From NCBI GenBank assembly GCA_019244955.1, contig JAFASC010000078.1:1-50536 (forward strand): a stretch of 50,536 nt of DNA, given 5' to 3'. The position numbers were made by a program, and so were the translations under genes. The DNA is from Methylobacteriaceae bacterium. Its GTDB lineage: Bacteria; Pseudomonadota; Alphaproteobacteria; Rhizobiales; Beijerinckiaceae. Position 1 is the stretch's first letter, and every line of letters starts with the position of its first letter. Below are positions 35,794 to 43,308 of the stretch, one piece after another. The notes below the pieces were generated by a model, which saw nothing but the letters and a program-made list of their open reading frames with translations, had not been told where the DNA came from and made no database searches.

Positions 35794-36650
35794 CAATTCC
35801 CCTGCAATCACGGCGCAAAAAACCGCGCGCACCCTCATCCGGTCCACTCACCGATCTCGAAGCGCGAGTATCCCCACGTTGGTGGGATGAGATTTTCGAC
35901 GAGCTTTACCTCAAGACTGACGGTGATGTTGTTGAGAATGCGGAACTGACGCGCCGCGAGATCGATCTCTTCCTCGAGCTGCTCCCGCTTGCACGAGACG
36001 CCAAGGTTCTCGACCTCTGCTGCGGCCAAGGCCGGCATAGTCTGGAACTGGCGAAACGCGGCTTCGCAAATGTCGCCGGCATCGATCGCAGCGCCTTTCT
36101 TCTCCAACAGGCGCGGTTGCGGGCGCAAGCAGCCGGGTTGCCGGTCCGATTTCACCAAGCCGACGCCCGGGCGCTTCCTGTCGATGACGAACGCTTCGAT
36201 GCCGCGCTCGTGCTCGGCAATAGTTTCGGTTACTTCGAACGCGCCAGCGACGACGAACTTATGCTGCGCGAGATCTACAGGACTTTGTGCGCAAGCGGAA
36301 AGGTATTGCTCGATGTCAGCGATGGCGCTCACGTCCGGAAGCATTTCGAACCGCGCTCTTGGGAATGGATCGCCGAGGATATGTTCACCTGCCGCGAACG
36401 CGCGCTATCGGCAGCCGGCGACCAGCTCATTACCCGGGAGATGACCACGCATGTAGAGCGTGGCGTGGTTGCCGACAGGTTCTATGCAGAGCGCCTCTAC
36501 GACCGGCTCGAGATGGAAGCACTGCTGACGCGGAGCGGTTTTGCCGTGCTGCAAGGGCCGGCGCAATTTGCCTCGACGTCGACACGCAACCAGGATCTCG
36601 GCATGATGGCGCAACGTCTCATCTTCATCGCGCAGAAGCGCCCGGGCTGA
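35790..36650 (+). CDS. Class I SAM-dependent methyltransferase
   Basis: VLDLCCGQGRHSLELAKRG (motif I) and ALVLGNSFGYF (motif post-II). ATGA overlap with the ATP-grasp stop. Confidence 0.8.
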   Translation: MTIPLQSRRKKPRAPSSGPLTDLEARVSPRWWDEIFDELYLKTDGDVVENAELTRREIDLFLELLPLARDAKVLDLCCGQGRHSLELAKRGFANVAGIDRSAFLLQQARLRAQAAGLPVRFHQADARALPVDDERFDAALVLGNSFGYFERASDDELMLREIYRTLCASGKVLLDVSDGAHVRKHFEPRSWEWIAEDMFTCRERALSAAGDQLITREMTTHVERGVVADRFYAERLYDRLEMEALLTRSGFAVLQGPAQFASTSTRNQDLGMMAQRLIFIAQKRPG

Positions 36651-36749
36651 TCGACTTTCCACTTGCTCGCCATAGGGGCTCACGGCTATCTAGGCCGGCC
36701 CGTTTTCGACCCTCAGCAATTCGTTCACTTCTGCCCATCGACTGGATCA

Positions 36750-37874
36750 ATGACTCGAATAGGAATTGCTCTCGCCTTCCTCGCCAATCTCCTCCTTGTC
36801 ATCGCGCTTCCCGCCAGCAGCGCCGAGATTGATGCGGCCGATGACACGGCGAGGCTCCTCGCCGGCCTAGCGCCGTCGGCGAGTTCGCCGCTGCAACCGC
36901 TGACGCGTGATCCAGCATGGCGGCTTCACGAGCGCGCCATGAGCGTTTCATTCGAAAGCCTCGAGCGGCGACAATTGTCGACAATCCGCACGTGGTCGCG
37001 GGCCAATCTGAAAACGCCGAAGCGCGTGCTGTTTTACATGTTCAGCGGGCCCGACTTCCTCTACGCCGACACGTTTTTTCCAAGCGCCTCCACGTATGTG
37101 CTTAGCGGCCTCGAGCCTGTCGGGCAGATACCCGACCTCTCGAAGCTTGGGCCCGGTGCGCTGGCCCACGGCCTCAACGGTGTTCGCTATTCGCTGAGAT
37201 CGATCATTTCGAGCAGCTTCTTCATCACCTCTTATATGGGCCACGATCTGCATGCGAGCCGCCTCACCGGCACTATGCCCATCCTTTATATCTTCCTGGC
37301 TCGCACGGGACATATGATCCAGGAGGCGCAGTTTGTCACTCTTGACGAGAACGGTGACGTAAGCACGTCGCAAGGAGATGACCGGCCAAAGGGCCCGCGC
37401 GGGATCAAGATCGTGTTTTCCGGCGCCGATCACGAGAGTCGTACTCTCTATTACTTCACCACCAATCTCGCCGACGATAAATTCAAGGATGGACCATTCG
37501 CCCGGTTCTGTGAAAAGCTTGGCCAAGGCGACGGTTTCGTCAAAAGTGCCTCTTATGCCCTGCACGCAAGTAATTTTTCTCAGGTGCGCAAATTCCTGCT
37601 CGATCACACAGCGACCATTGTTCAGGACGACACGGGCATCCCTGTCAGCTCATACGACCCGGCGAAATGGCAGCTCAAGCCGTTTGGCAACTACGTCAGG
37701 CCACTCCCGGTTTTTTCGCGCATGTATCAGCCGAAACTAAACGCGCTCTTTCATACAGGACAGCCTGCTCCGATCGATTTCGGGATCGGCTACAGATCGA
37801 GGCCCGGTCGCTCGGGTCTGCTCGTCGCCACACGCAAGGAGAGCGCTGCTCAAAGCGATGCGTCAAAACAATAA
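36750..37874 (+). CDS. Secreted hypothetical protein (about 374 aa)
   Basis: Signal peptide MTRIGIALAFLANLLLVIALPASSA. Long, uninterrupted, GC3-rich frame. No motif I can assign (contains YMFSGPDFLYAD). Confidence 0.6.
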   Translation: MTRIGIALAFLANLLLVIALPASSAEIDAADDTARLLAGLAPSASSPLQPLTRDPAWRLHERAMSVSFESLERRQLSTIRTWSRANLKTPKRVLFYMFSGPDFLYADTFFPSASTYVLSGLEPVGQIPDLSKLGPGALAHGLNGVRYSLRSIISSSFFITSYMGHDLHASRLTGTMPILYIFLARTGHMIQEAQFVTLDENGDVSTSQGDDRPKGPRGIKIVFSGADHESRTLYYFTTNLADDKFKDGPFARFCEKLGQGDGFVKSASYALHASNFSQVRKFLLDHTATIVQDDTGIPVSSYDPAKWQLKPFGNYVRPLPVFSRMYQPKLNALFHTGQPAPIDFGIGYRSRPGRSGLLVATRKESAAQSDASKQ

Positions 37875-37926
37875 TTGTCAAAGCTGAGAAGCATCTCGGC
37901 TGCACCGAACCGCTAGCGAGACTGTC

Positions 37927-38931
37927 ATGAAAACCAGAATCACCGAATTGTTCGGCATCGAGCACCCCATCATCCAGGGTGGCATGCACTTCGTTGGCTT
38001 CGCCGACCTCGCCTCCGCCGTTTCAAACGCCGGCGGCCTCGGCATCATCACCGGACTGACGCAGAAGACGCCCGAGCTTCTGGCTAAGGAGATCGCCCGC
38101 TGTCGCGATATGACCGACAAGCCCTTTGGCGTGAATCTCACGTTTCTGCCGGCGTTCACCAAGCCGCCCTACCCCGAATACATCGCGGCGATCAGAGAGG
38201 GCGGCATCAAAATCGTCGAGACAGCCGGCCGCAGTCCGGAACAATACATGCCGGCTCTAAAACAGGCCGGCATCAAGGTCATCCACAAATGCACGTCCGT
38301 GCGCCATTCGTTGAAGGCCGAGCGCATCGGCTGCGACGCGGTCAGCGTCGACGGCTTCGAGTGCGGCGGCCATCCCGGCGAAGACGACGTGCCGAACATG
38401 ATCCTCCTGCCGCGCGCTGCCGAGGAATTGAATATCCCGTTCGTCGCGTCCGGCGGAATGGCGGATGCGCGCAGCCTCGTCGCGGCGCTCGCGCTCGGCG
38501 CCGACGGCATGAATATGGGCACGCGTTTCATCGCCACGAAGGAAGCGCCGGTGCATGACAACGTCAAACAGGCGCTGGTCGCGGCAACCGAGCTCGACAC
38601 ACGCCTGATCATGCGCGCCATTCGCAACACCGAGCGCGTGCTGAACAACGCCAACGTAGAGAAGATTGTCGAGATCGAGCGTCAAAAAGGAGCCAGCCTC
38701 ACGATCGGTGATATTCACGACCAAGTTGCCGGCGTTTATCCCGACATCATGCTCAAGGGCGATATGGATGCCGGAGCGTGGAGTTGTGGCATGGTGGCAG
38801 GACTGATCCACGACATTCCGAGCGTCAAGGAACTCATCGACCGGATTATGTCGGGCGCCGAAGAAATCATTGCGACGCGTCTTAGGGGCTTATTGTCCGG
38901 CAATGCCGCGCAAGTCGGGCGGGCGGCATAG
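37927..38931 (+). CDS. Nitronate monooxygenase / NMO-family (FabK-like) FMN oxidoreductase
   Basis: LFGIEHPIIQGGMHFVG...GGLGIITG...VASGGMADARS. Confidence 0.85.
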   Translation: MKTRITELFGIEHPIIQGGMHFVGFADLASAVSNAGGLGIITGLTQKTPELLAKEIARCRDMTDKPFGVNLTFLPAFTKPPYPEYIAAIREGGIKIVETAGRSPEQYMPALKQAGIKVIHKCTSVRHSLKAERIGCDAVSVDGFECGGHPGEDDVPNMILLPRAAEELNIPFVASGGMADARSLVAALALGADGMNMGTRFIATKEAPVHDNVKQALVAATELDTRLIMRAIRNTERVLNNANVEKIVEIERQKGASLTIGDIHDQVAGVYPDIMLKGDMDAGAWSCGMVAGLIHDIPSVKELIDRIMSGAEEIIATRLRGLLSGNAAQVGRAA

Positions 38932-38938
38932 CGCCGTC

Positions 38939-39874
38939 TCAATAGCCTTTCGCGCGATCGACCAGGGGCGCCGGCATGCTGCCGGCACGAAAAGCTTTTA
39001 TGTTCTCTGCCGCAATTTTGGCGGCGGTGCTCACGTCGGTCACGGCGGCGACATGCGGCAGCACGCTGATGCGCGGATGCGACCAGAAAGGGTGCTGGCA
39101 CGGTAGCGGCTCCTCGCTGAATACATCGAGAATGGCGTGAGAGAGCTGGCCCCTTGCCAGCGCCTCCAGCAAATCCTTTTCGTTCAGATGTCCGCCGCGG
39201 GCAAGATTGACGATCGCGGCGCCTCGCGGCAAGCGAGCGAATAGCTGCGCGTTCAAGATGCCTGCCGTGTGCGGCGTAAGCGGCAAGAGATTGATGAGAA
39301 TGTCCGTTCTTTGCAGCAGGCTCGCGAGCCCGCTTGCGCCGCTCCAACACTCTAAGCCTTCAACCTGTCGAGCGCCGGTGCTCCACCCGGCTACATCGAA
39401 ATCGAGGCAGGCGAGCGCCTGCGCCACAGCGCGCCCGAGCTCACCGAGACCCAATATGCCGATGCGCCGCTCGCGAGCGATCGGCTGGGGCAATTGCTTC
39501 CATTCACGTCCGGTCTGCTGCCGCGCATAGGCGGGGAATTGCCGATGCAATGCGAGGACGCAGGCGAGCGCACACTCGGTCATCGCTTGCGTCAGATTGG
39601 GATCTACCAATCGGACAATCGGCACATTTTCGGGCAGCGTCGGATCCGACAAAAGCCGATCGACGCCCGCCCACAGACTTTGAATCAGTACAAGGTTATC
39701 CAAGCCGGCGAGCGAACCGGCGGGAGGATTGGCAACGAGGGCGATATCGATGCAAGCGGGATCGTAGACCTCATCCGGAAGGTACAAAGTCTCGCTGGGC
39801 AGAGATAGGGCGAGCCTTTCACGCCAGTGCGCATATTCCTGCGCACTGAACGCGCCGATCAGCAGCAGACTCAC
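38939..39874 (-). CDS. D-isomer-specific 2-hydroxyacid dehydrogenase (glyoxylate/hydroxypyruvate reductase A-like)
   Basis: IGILGLGELGRAVA (NAD site), NLARGGHL and LDVFSEEPLP. Confidence 0.85.
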   Translation of the reverse strand: MSLLLIGAFSAQEYAHWRERLALSLPSETLYLPDEVYDPACIDIALVANPPAGSLAGLDNLVLIQSLWAGVDRLLSDPTLPENVPIVRLVDPNLTQAMTECALACVLALHRQFPAYARQQTGREWKQLPQPIARERRIGILGLGELGRAVAQALACLDFDVAGWSTGARQVEGLECWSGASGLASLLQRTDILINLLPLTPHTAGILNAQLFARLPRGAAIVNLARGGHLNEKDLLEALARGQLSHAILDVFSEEPLPCQHPFWSHPRISVLPHVAAVTDVSTAAKIAAENIKAFRAGSMPAPLVDRAKGY

Positions 39875-39885
39875 CTCACCCGGCC

Positions 39886-41016
39886 TTAGTTGAGCGCTGC
39901 GAGCAGACCGGCAAACAGACGGCCGCGCGTCACGAGACCGTCAACCTCGATATATTCTTCGAGCGTGTGATAGCCCCTGCCGATCGCGCCGAGTCCGTCG
40001 AGTGTGGCGATGCCCATAGCGCCGGTAAAATTCCCGTCCGAGCCGCCGCCGGCGCTGTGATGGGTGAGTTCGACGCCAAGCTCGCGCGCGATCCCGCGGG
40101 CGGTTTCGGAGAGGCGCATCGTTGCTTCATCCGGCTCCCAGACGGGCCGGGTCACCCCGCGCGTAACCTCAAAACGCACGTCGTCGTGAGTGCCGGACAG
40201 GGCCAGCATCGCCTCGACGCCGTGATCAAGATCGGCTTGCCGTTTGGCCATGCTGAGCGCTTCGGCGCGGCAGATCGTCGGCACGCAATTGACCCAGGTG
40301 CCCCCGTGCACGACGCCGACGCTGAACGTGCAGCTTTCGGTCGTCATCTCCTCGATGGCGAGGATTTTACGCGCCATGGTGCGGATCGCCGAGCGCCCCT
40401 CCGCCAGGCTCGCGCCGGCGTGGCTCGGCCGCCCGGTCGCTGCCATATTGAAGCGGGCGATGGCGTAGCGGCCGGTGACCACCCCGCCATCCTCGCGGCC
40501 CGGTTCAGGAACGAGAACATAGCGGTGCTTGGCGGCTTCCGTCTCGATCAGTTCGCGCGTCGAAGGGCTGCCGATCTCCTCGTCGCTGGTGAACAGGATC
40601 GTCACCGGCAGCGGGGTTTCGAGGCCGGCGCGCGCCAGCTGCCGCAGCGCCTCGAGCGCAAGAAAATTGCCGCCCTTCATGTCGAGGATGCCGGGTCCGT
40701 AGCAGCGGCTCCCGTCGCGGCGCCATGGCAGCTTCTCGAGCGTGCCGATCGGATGAACCGTGTCGAGATGGCCAAGAATGAGGATTCCGGCCTCGCCCGC
40801 CCGGCGATGCGGAAGCGTCGCTCGCAGGCAATCGCCAAGGTTCATCCGGCCAGGGACCGTCTCCACCTTCGCGCCTAGCGCGGCGAGATCGCGCGCCGCC
40901 AAAGCCATCATCCGGTTGACCGCCGCGGCATTGAAAGTCGGGCTTTCGCATTCGATCCAAGGCTTGAGGCCCGCAAGCATGACGTCGGCGGCGAAGGGGA
41001 GCGTATGCGCCTTCAA
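39886..41016 (-). CDS. M20-family metallopeptidase (carboxypeptidase G2-like)
   Basis: LILGHLDTVHP, DMKGG, TSDEEIGS. TTG start preceded by GGAGGG. Confidence 0.85.
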   Translation of the reverse strand: MKAHTLPFAADVMLAGLKPWIECESPTFNAAAVNRMMALAARDLAALGAKVETVPGRMNLGDCLRATLPHRRAGEAGILILGHLDTVHPIGTLEKLPWRRDGSRCYGPGILDMKGGNFLALEALRQLARAGLETPLPVTILFTSDEEIGSPSTRELIETEAAKHRYVLVPEPGREDGGVVTGRYAIARFNMAATGRPSHAGASLAEGRSAIRTMARKILAIEEMTTESCTFSVGVVHGGTWVNCVPTICRAEALSMAKRQADLDHGVEAMLALSGTHDDVRFEVTRGVTRPVWEPDEATMRLSETARGIARELGVELTHHSAGGGSDGNFTGAMGIATLDGLGAIGRGYHTLEEYIEVDGLVTRGRLFAGLLAALN

Positions 41017-41155
41017 TGATCCCTCCTGCGCGAGGCGGACGCCATGCTATCGCGCTTGGAAGCTCTTGTTAAAAATTGAGGAAGCGCGCTCAAAGCGGCA
41101 AACGCGGCGTATCCCCAGCGGGGATTGGGCGGCGGCTCCCGCCCGCGCGAGCGGC

Positions 41156-41248
41156 CTACTTGGTCCGCTCGACCGCGGTTGCGACTGTCCAGATCAGGCT
41201 GGTGATCGCAGCCGAGGGAATGGCCGTCGAAAGCAGGAAGGAGAACAT
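41156..41248 (-). CDS. Candidate 30-aa hydrophobic peptide (MFSFLLSTAIPSAAITSLIWTVATAVERTK; 34 aa if the GTG at 41260 is used)
   Basis: Below the ORF-track cutoff. 25 of 30 codons end in G/C (counted by hand), which is coding-like for this DNA. No Shine-Dalgarno. An EcfG-like promoter motif lies immediately upstream. Confidence 0.3.
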   Translation of the reverse strand: MFSFLLSTAIPSAAITSLIWTVATAVERTK

Positions 41249-41268
41249 CGAGAGCAGCACGCTTGATC

Positions 41269-41293
41269 AACTTAGCAGGACCGCAGGGGTTCC
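41269..41293 (-). promoter_or_regulatory. EcfG/general-stress-type promoter-like motif GGAAC-N16-AGTT
   Basis: The minus strand reads GGAAC ccctgcggtcctgcta AGTT. The -10-like element ends 8 nt before the GTG at 41260 and 20 nt before the ATG at 41248. Confidence 0.3.
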
Positions 41294-41385
41294 TTGGCCG
41301 CGCAACGCAAGCGGAATTTTTCTGACGCTGGCTTGACCCTGCACACGCAAAGCGCGCGCGCGGGCGCCGGGCCCGCCTTCAACGC

Positions 41386-41419
41386 CAGCTTCACATTTTG
41401 GGTCAGCTTCACATTTTGG
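41386..41419. repeat. Tandem direct repeat, 2 x CAGCTTCACATTTTGG (16/16 identical, 18-nt period)
   Basis: Read directly: copies at 41386-41401 and 41404-41419. About 50 nt upstream of the ORF at 41469. Followed by the inverted repeat GAACTG-N10-CAGTTC (41433-41454). Confidence 0.6.
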
Positions 41420-41468
41420 CCCCATTCAGGCTGAACTGCTTAGGCGGTCAGTTCTGTGGGGCGCGTGG

Positions 41469-41681
41469 ATGGCTATTTTCGAGCCGACCGAAATCGTAAT
41501 GGCGGAAGGCGAATGGCGGCTGCGGGTCAAACGCGCCGCCGATGTCATTGAGTACATCACCCACGATCGTGCGATGAACCTCGCCGATGAACTTGAAGCG
41601 GAGGGCTGGCGCGAGTGCGCGAGCCAAATCCGCAGAGCGTTAGAAACGGTTCGGCGCTTCCAGGCCTACGCCCGCCCCTGA
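41469..41681 (+). CDS. Hypothetical 70-aa soluble protein
   Basis: ORF only (MAIFEPTEIVMAEGEWRLRVKR...). No recognisable motif. Acidic/helical character. Confidence 0.4.
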   Translation: MAIFEPTEIVMAEGEWRLRVKRAADVIEYITHDRAMNLADELEAEGWRECASQIRRALETVRRFQAYARP

Positions 41682-41750
41682 GGACGCGTTCCCTGCGATC
41701 GCCCCCGCGAACCGCTCGCTGAAGCAGAATACAAGCCGGCGCGAATTTGT

Positions 41751-41827
41751 TGGCGCGCCCCGCAGGATTCGAACCCGCGACCTCCGGGTTCGAAGCCCGG
41801 CGCTCTATCCAGCTGAGCTAGAGGCGC
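41751..41827 (-). tRNA. tRNA-Arg (anticodon UCG), CCA encoded
   Basis: The reverse complement folds as a cloverleaf. Acceptor GCGCCTC/GGGGCGC. D-stem GCTC/GAGC. Anticodon stem CCGGG/CCCGG with loop CTTCGAA. T-arm GCGGG-TTCGAAT-CCTGC. Discriminator G plus CCA. 77 nt. Confidence 0.9.
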
Positions 41828-41925
41828 ACTCCGTTTCAGGGAGGCGCGCGAGCATAGCTTTCAAGTGAACGATTGGAAACCGCGTCGGAGGCATCGGGCA
41901 AGCTTTCCTTCACAAGCGCCGGCGG

Positions 41926-43119
41926 CTAGCGATTGGCTGCAACCTCGATCGCCGTCCTCCTGAAGGACGGCGGCAAAATCAGCGGCCTACCGGCGGCCAT
42001 GATAGAAGCCGACGCCGCTTGCGTGCGCCCACAACCGAGCGAGTGCGCCGAGAACGCCAAGTCCTCTGCGGTCAGCGAACGGATCGGCAGCGCGGTGCAG
42101 GCATCTCGTCCCGCCTCGTCCGGCGCAGCTACAGCAGGTGCCGCCTTCAATGCCGCGATCACCACGTTCTTCTTGCGGGCGGGGACGACGACGACCTCCT
42201 GCCCCGCAAAGGCCAACGCTTCGGGGCGGCTCACGTCGCCGAGATTGGCTCCTTGCTTCAGTAACGCCGCGAACGCCGGATGCTGTCCGCCGTCCGAATA
42301 GGTGACGCGAAGAGCCGCGCTGCCTTCACTGAGCGAGGCGATCTTTTGCTCTTCCGCCGCATGGAAGGCCTGTGCGGCCGCTTCTTTCGCAGGATCGCGC
42401 GACGACGCAAAGGTGTAGCGGCCCGCGACGACGTTCACGACAGGCTCTTCACCCGTCGCCTCGAAACGATCGGAGCCTTCCTTCAACTGCCGCCAGAAAT
42501 CGATGTTCTTGTCGGCGCGGTATTTCGCCATGTTCTGCGCGGTCATGCGGAACGGAAAGGCTTGGAACTGAAACGCCTGCTGACCGCCGGCGAAGGCTTC
42601 GCGCGCGATCGCATAGATTTCGCCGATCTGCTTGTCGGTCATGGCGTAACAGCCTGCCGAAGAACAGGTGCCATGCACCATCAGGTAGGCGCCGGACGCG
42701 CCATGCGCTCTGTCATAGGCGTTCGGGAAGCCGGTATCGAACGACAGGTAATAGTGCGAATTCGGATTCATCTGCCGGCGAGCGATCGGGTAGAAGCCTT
42801 CCGGCGCCTGACGATCGCCCTGCGTCTGTTTCGGTCCGAGTTGGCCTGACCAACGGCAGATCGGAAACGTCTTGATGTGGACGTAGCGACCGTCTCGCGC
42901 GAGCTTCCAAACCTCGAGTTCGGCTTCCTTTTTATAGGTGCGGATCAGAACCGGGGCGGAGGGGCTCGTATTCTTCGCCGCCATCAAAGCGAGAGTCTGA
43001 GCCGGAATTGGCGCTGTCGCTTTCGTATTCTCAGCGAATGCTGGGCCGCTCGACGCGGCCATGAAGGAGGCCACAGCTGCCAGTGCGCCCCATCCCGTGA
43101 GCCAAGCCTTCAAGAGCAT
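41926..43119 (-). CDS. YafK-like L,D-transpeptidase-fold protein (YkuD family)
   Basis: Signal peptide. ELEVWK...FPICRWSGQLGPKQTQGDRQAPEGFY...YLMVHGTCSSAGCYAM (His...Cys catalytic motif). Confidence 0.8.
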   Translation of the reverse strand: MLLKAWLTGWGALAAVASFMAASSGPAFAENTKATAPIPAQTLALMAAKNTSPSAPVLIRTYKKEAELEVWKLARDGRYVHIKTFPICRWSGQLGPKQTQGDRQAPEGFYPIARRQMNPNSHYYLSFDTGFPNAYDRAHGASGAYLMVHGTCSSAGCYAMTDKQIGEIYAIAREAFAGGQQAFQFQAFPFRMTAQNMAKYRADKNIDFWRQLKEGSDRFEATGEEPVVNVVAGRYTFASSRDPAKEAAAQAFHAAEEQKIASLSEGSAALRVTYSDGGQHPAFAALLKQGANLGDVSRPEALAFAGQEVVVVPARKKNVVIAALKAAPAVAAPDEAGRDACTALPIRSLTAEDLAFSAHSLGCGRTQAASASIMAAGRPLILPPSFRRTAIEVAANR

Positions 43120-43308
43120 CCGCTGTCCGCGCCCAAACCGTTCAAAAGCAACGCACTATCGCCAAAGATGGTAAGCGGTTCCTTGCAGCCGGATTTGGGC
43201 GGAAAAGGGGTTGGCGCGCGGCGGATCACATGCCAGCGCCGGCACACGGAAGGTTAACCCGAACGGCGCAAATTAGCGCGATCCCGAGTCTCTCGTCAGG
43301 TCCCGGTC

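Noticed and set aside
41433-41454. GAACTG-N10-CAGTTC read as an alphaproteobacterial LexA (SOS) box.
   Set aside because: The alphaproteobacterial LexA box is a GAAC-N7-GAAC/GTTC-N7-GTTC direct-repeat type. Orientation and spacing do not fit. It is retained only as part of the repeat finding.
41270-41830. tRNA-Arg locus as the attachment site of a small integrated element. A partial similarity CCGCAGG..TTC at about 41281 resembles the tRNA 3' end CCGCAGGATTCGAAC.
   Set aside because: The match is only about 10 nt and is interrupted. There is no integrase, excisionase or mobility gene. The base composition is not visibly different from the flanks. The enclosed segment is under 0.5 kb.
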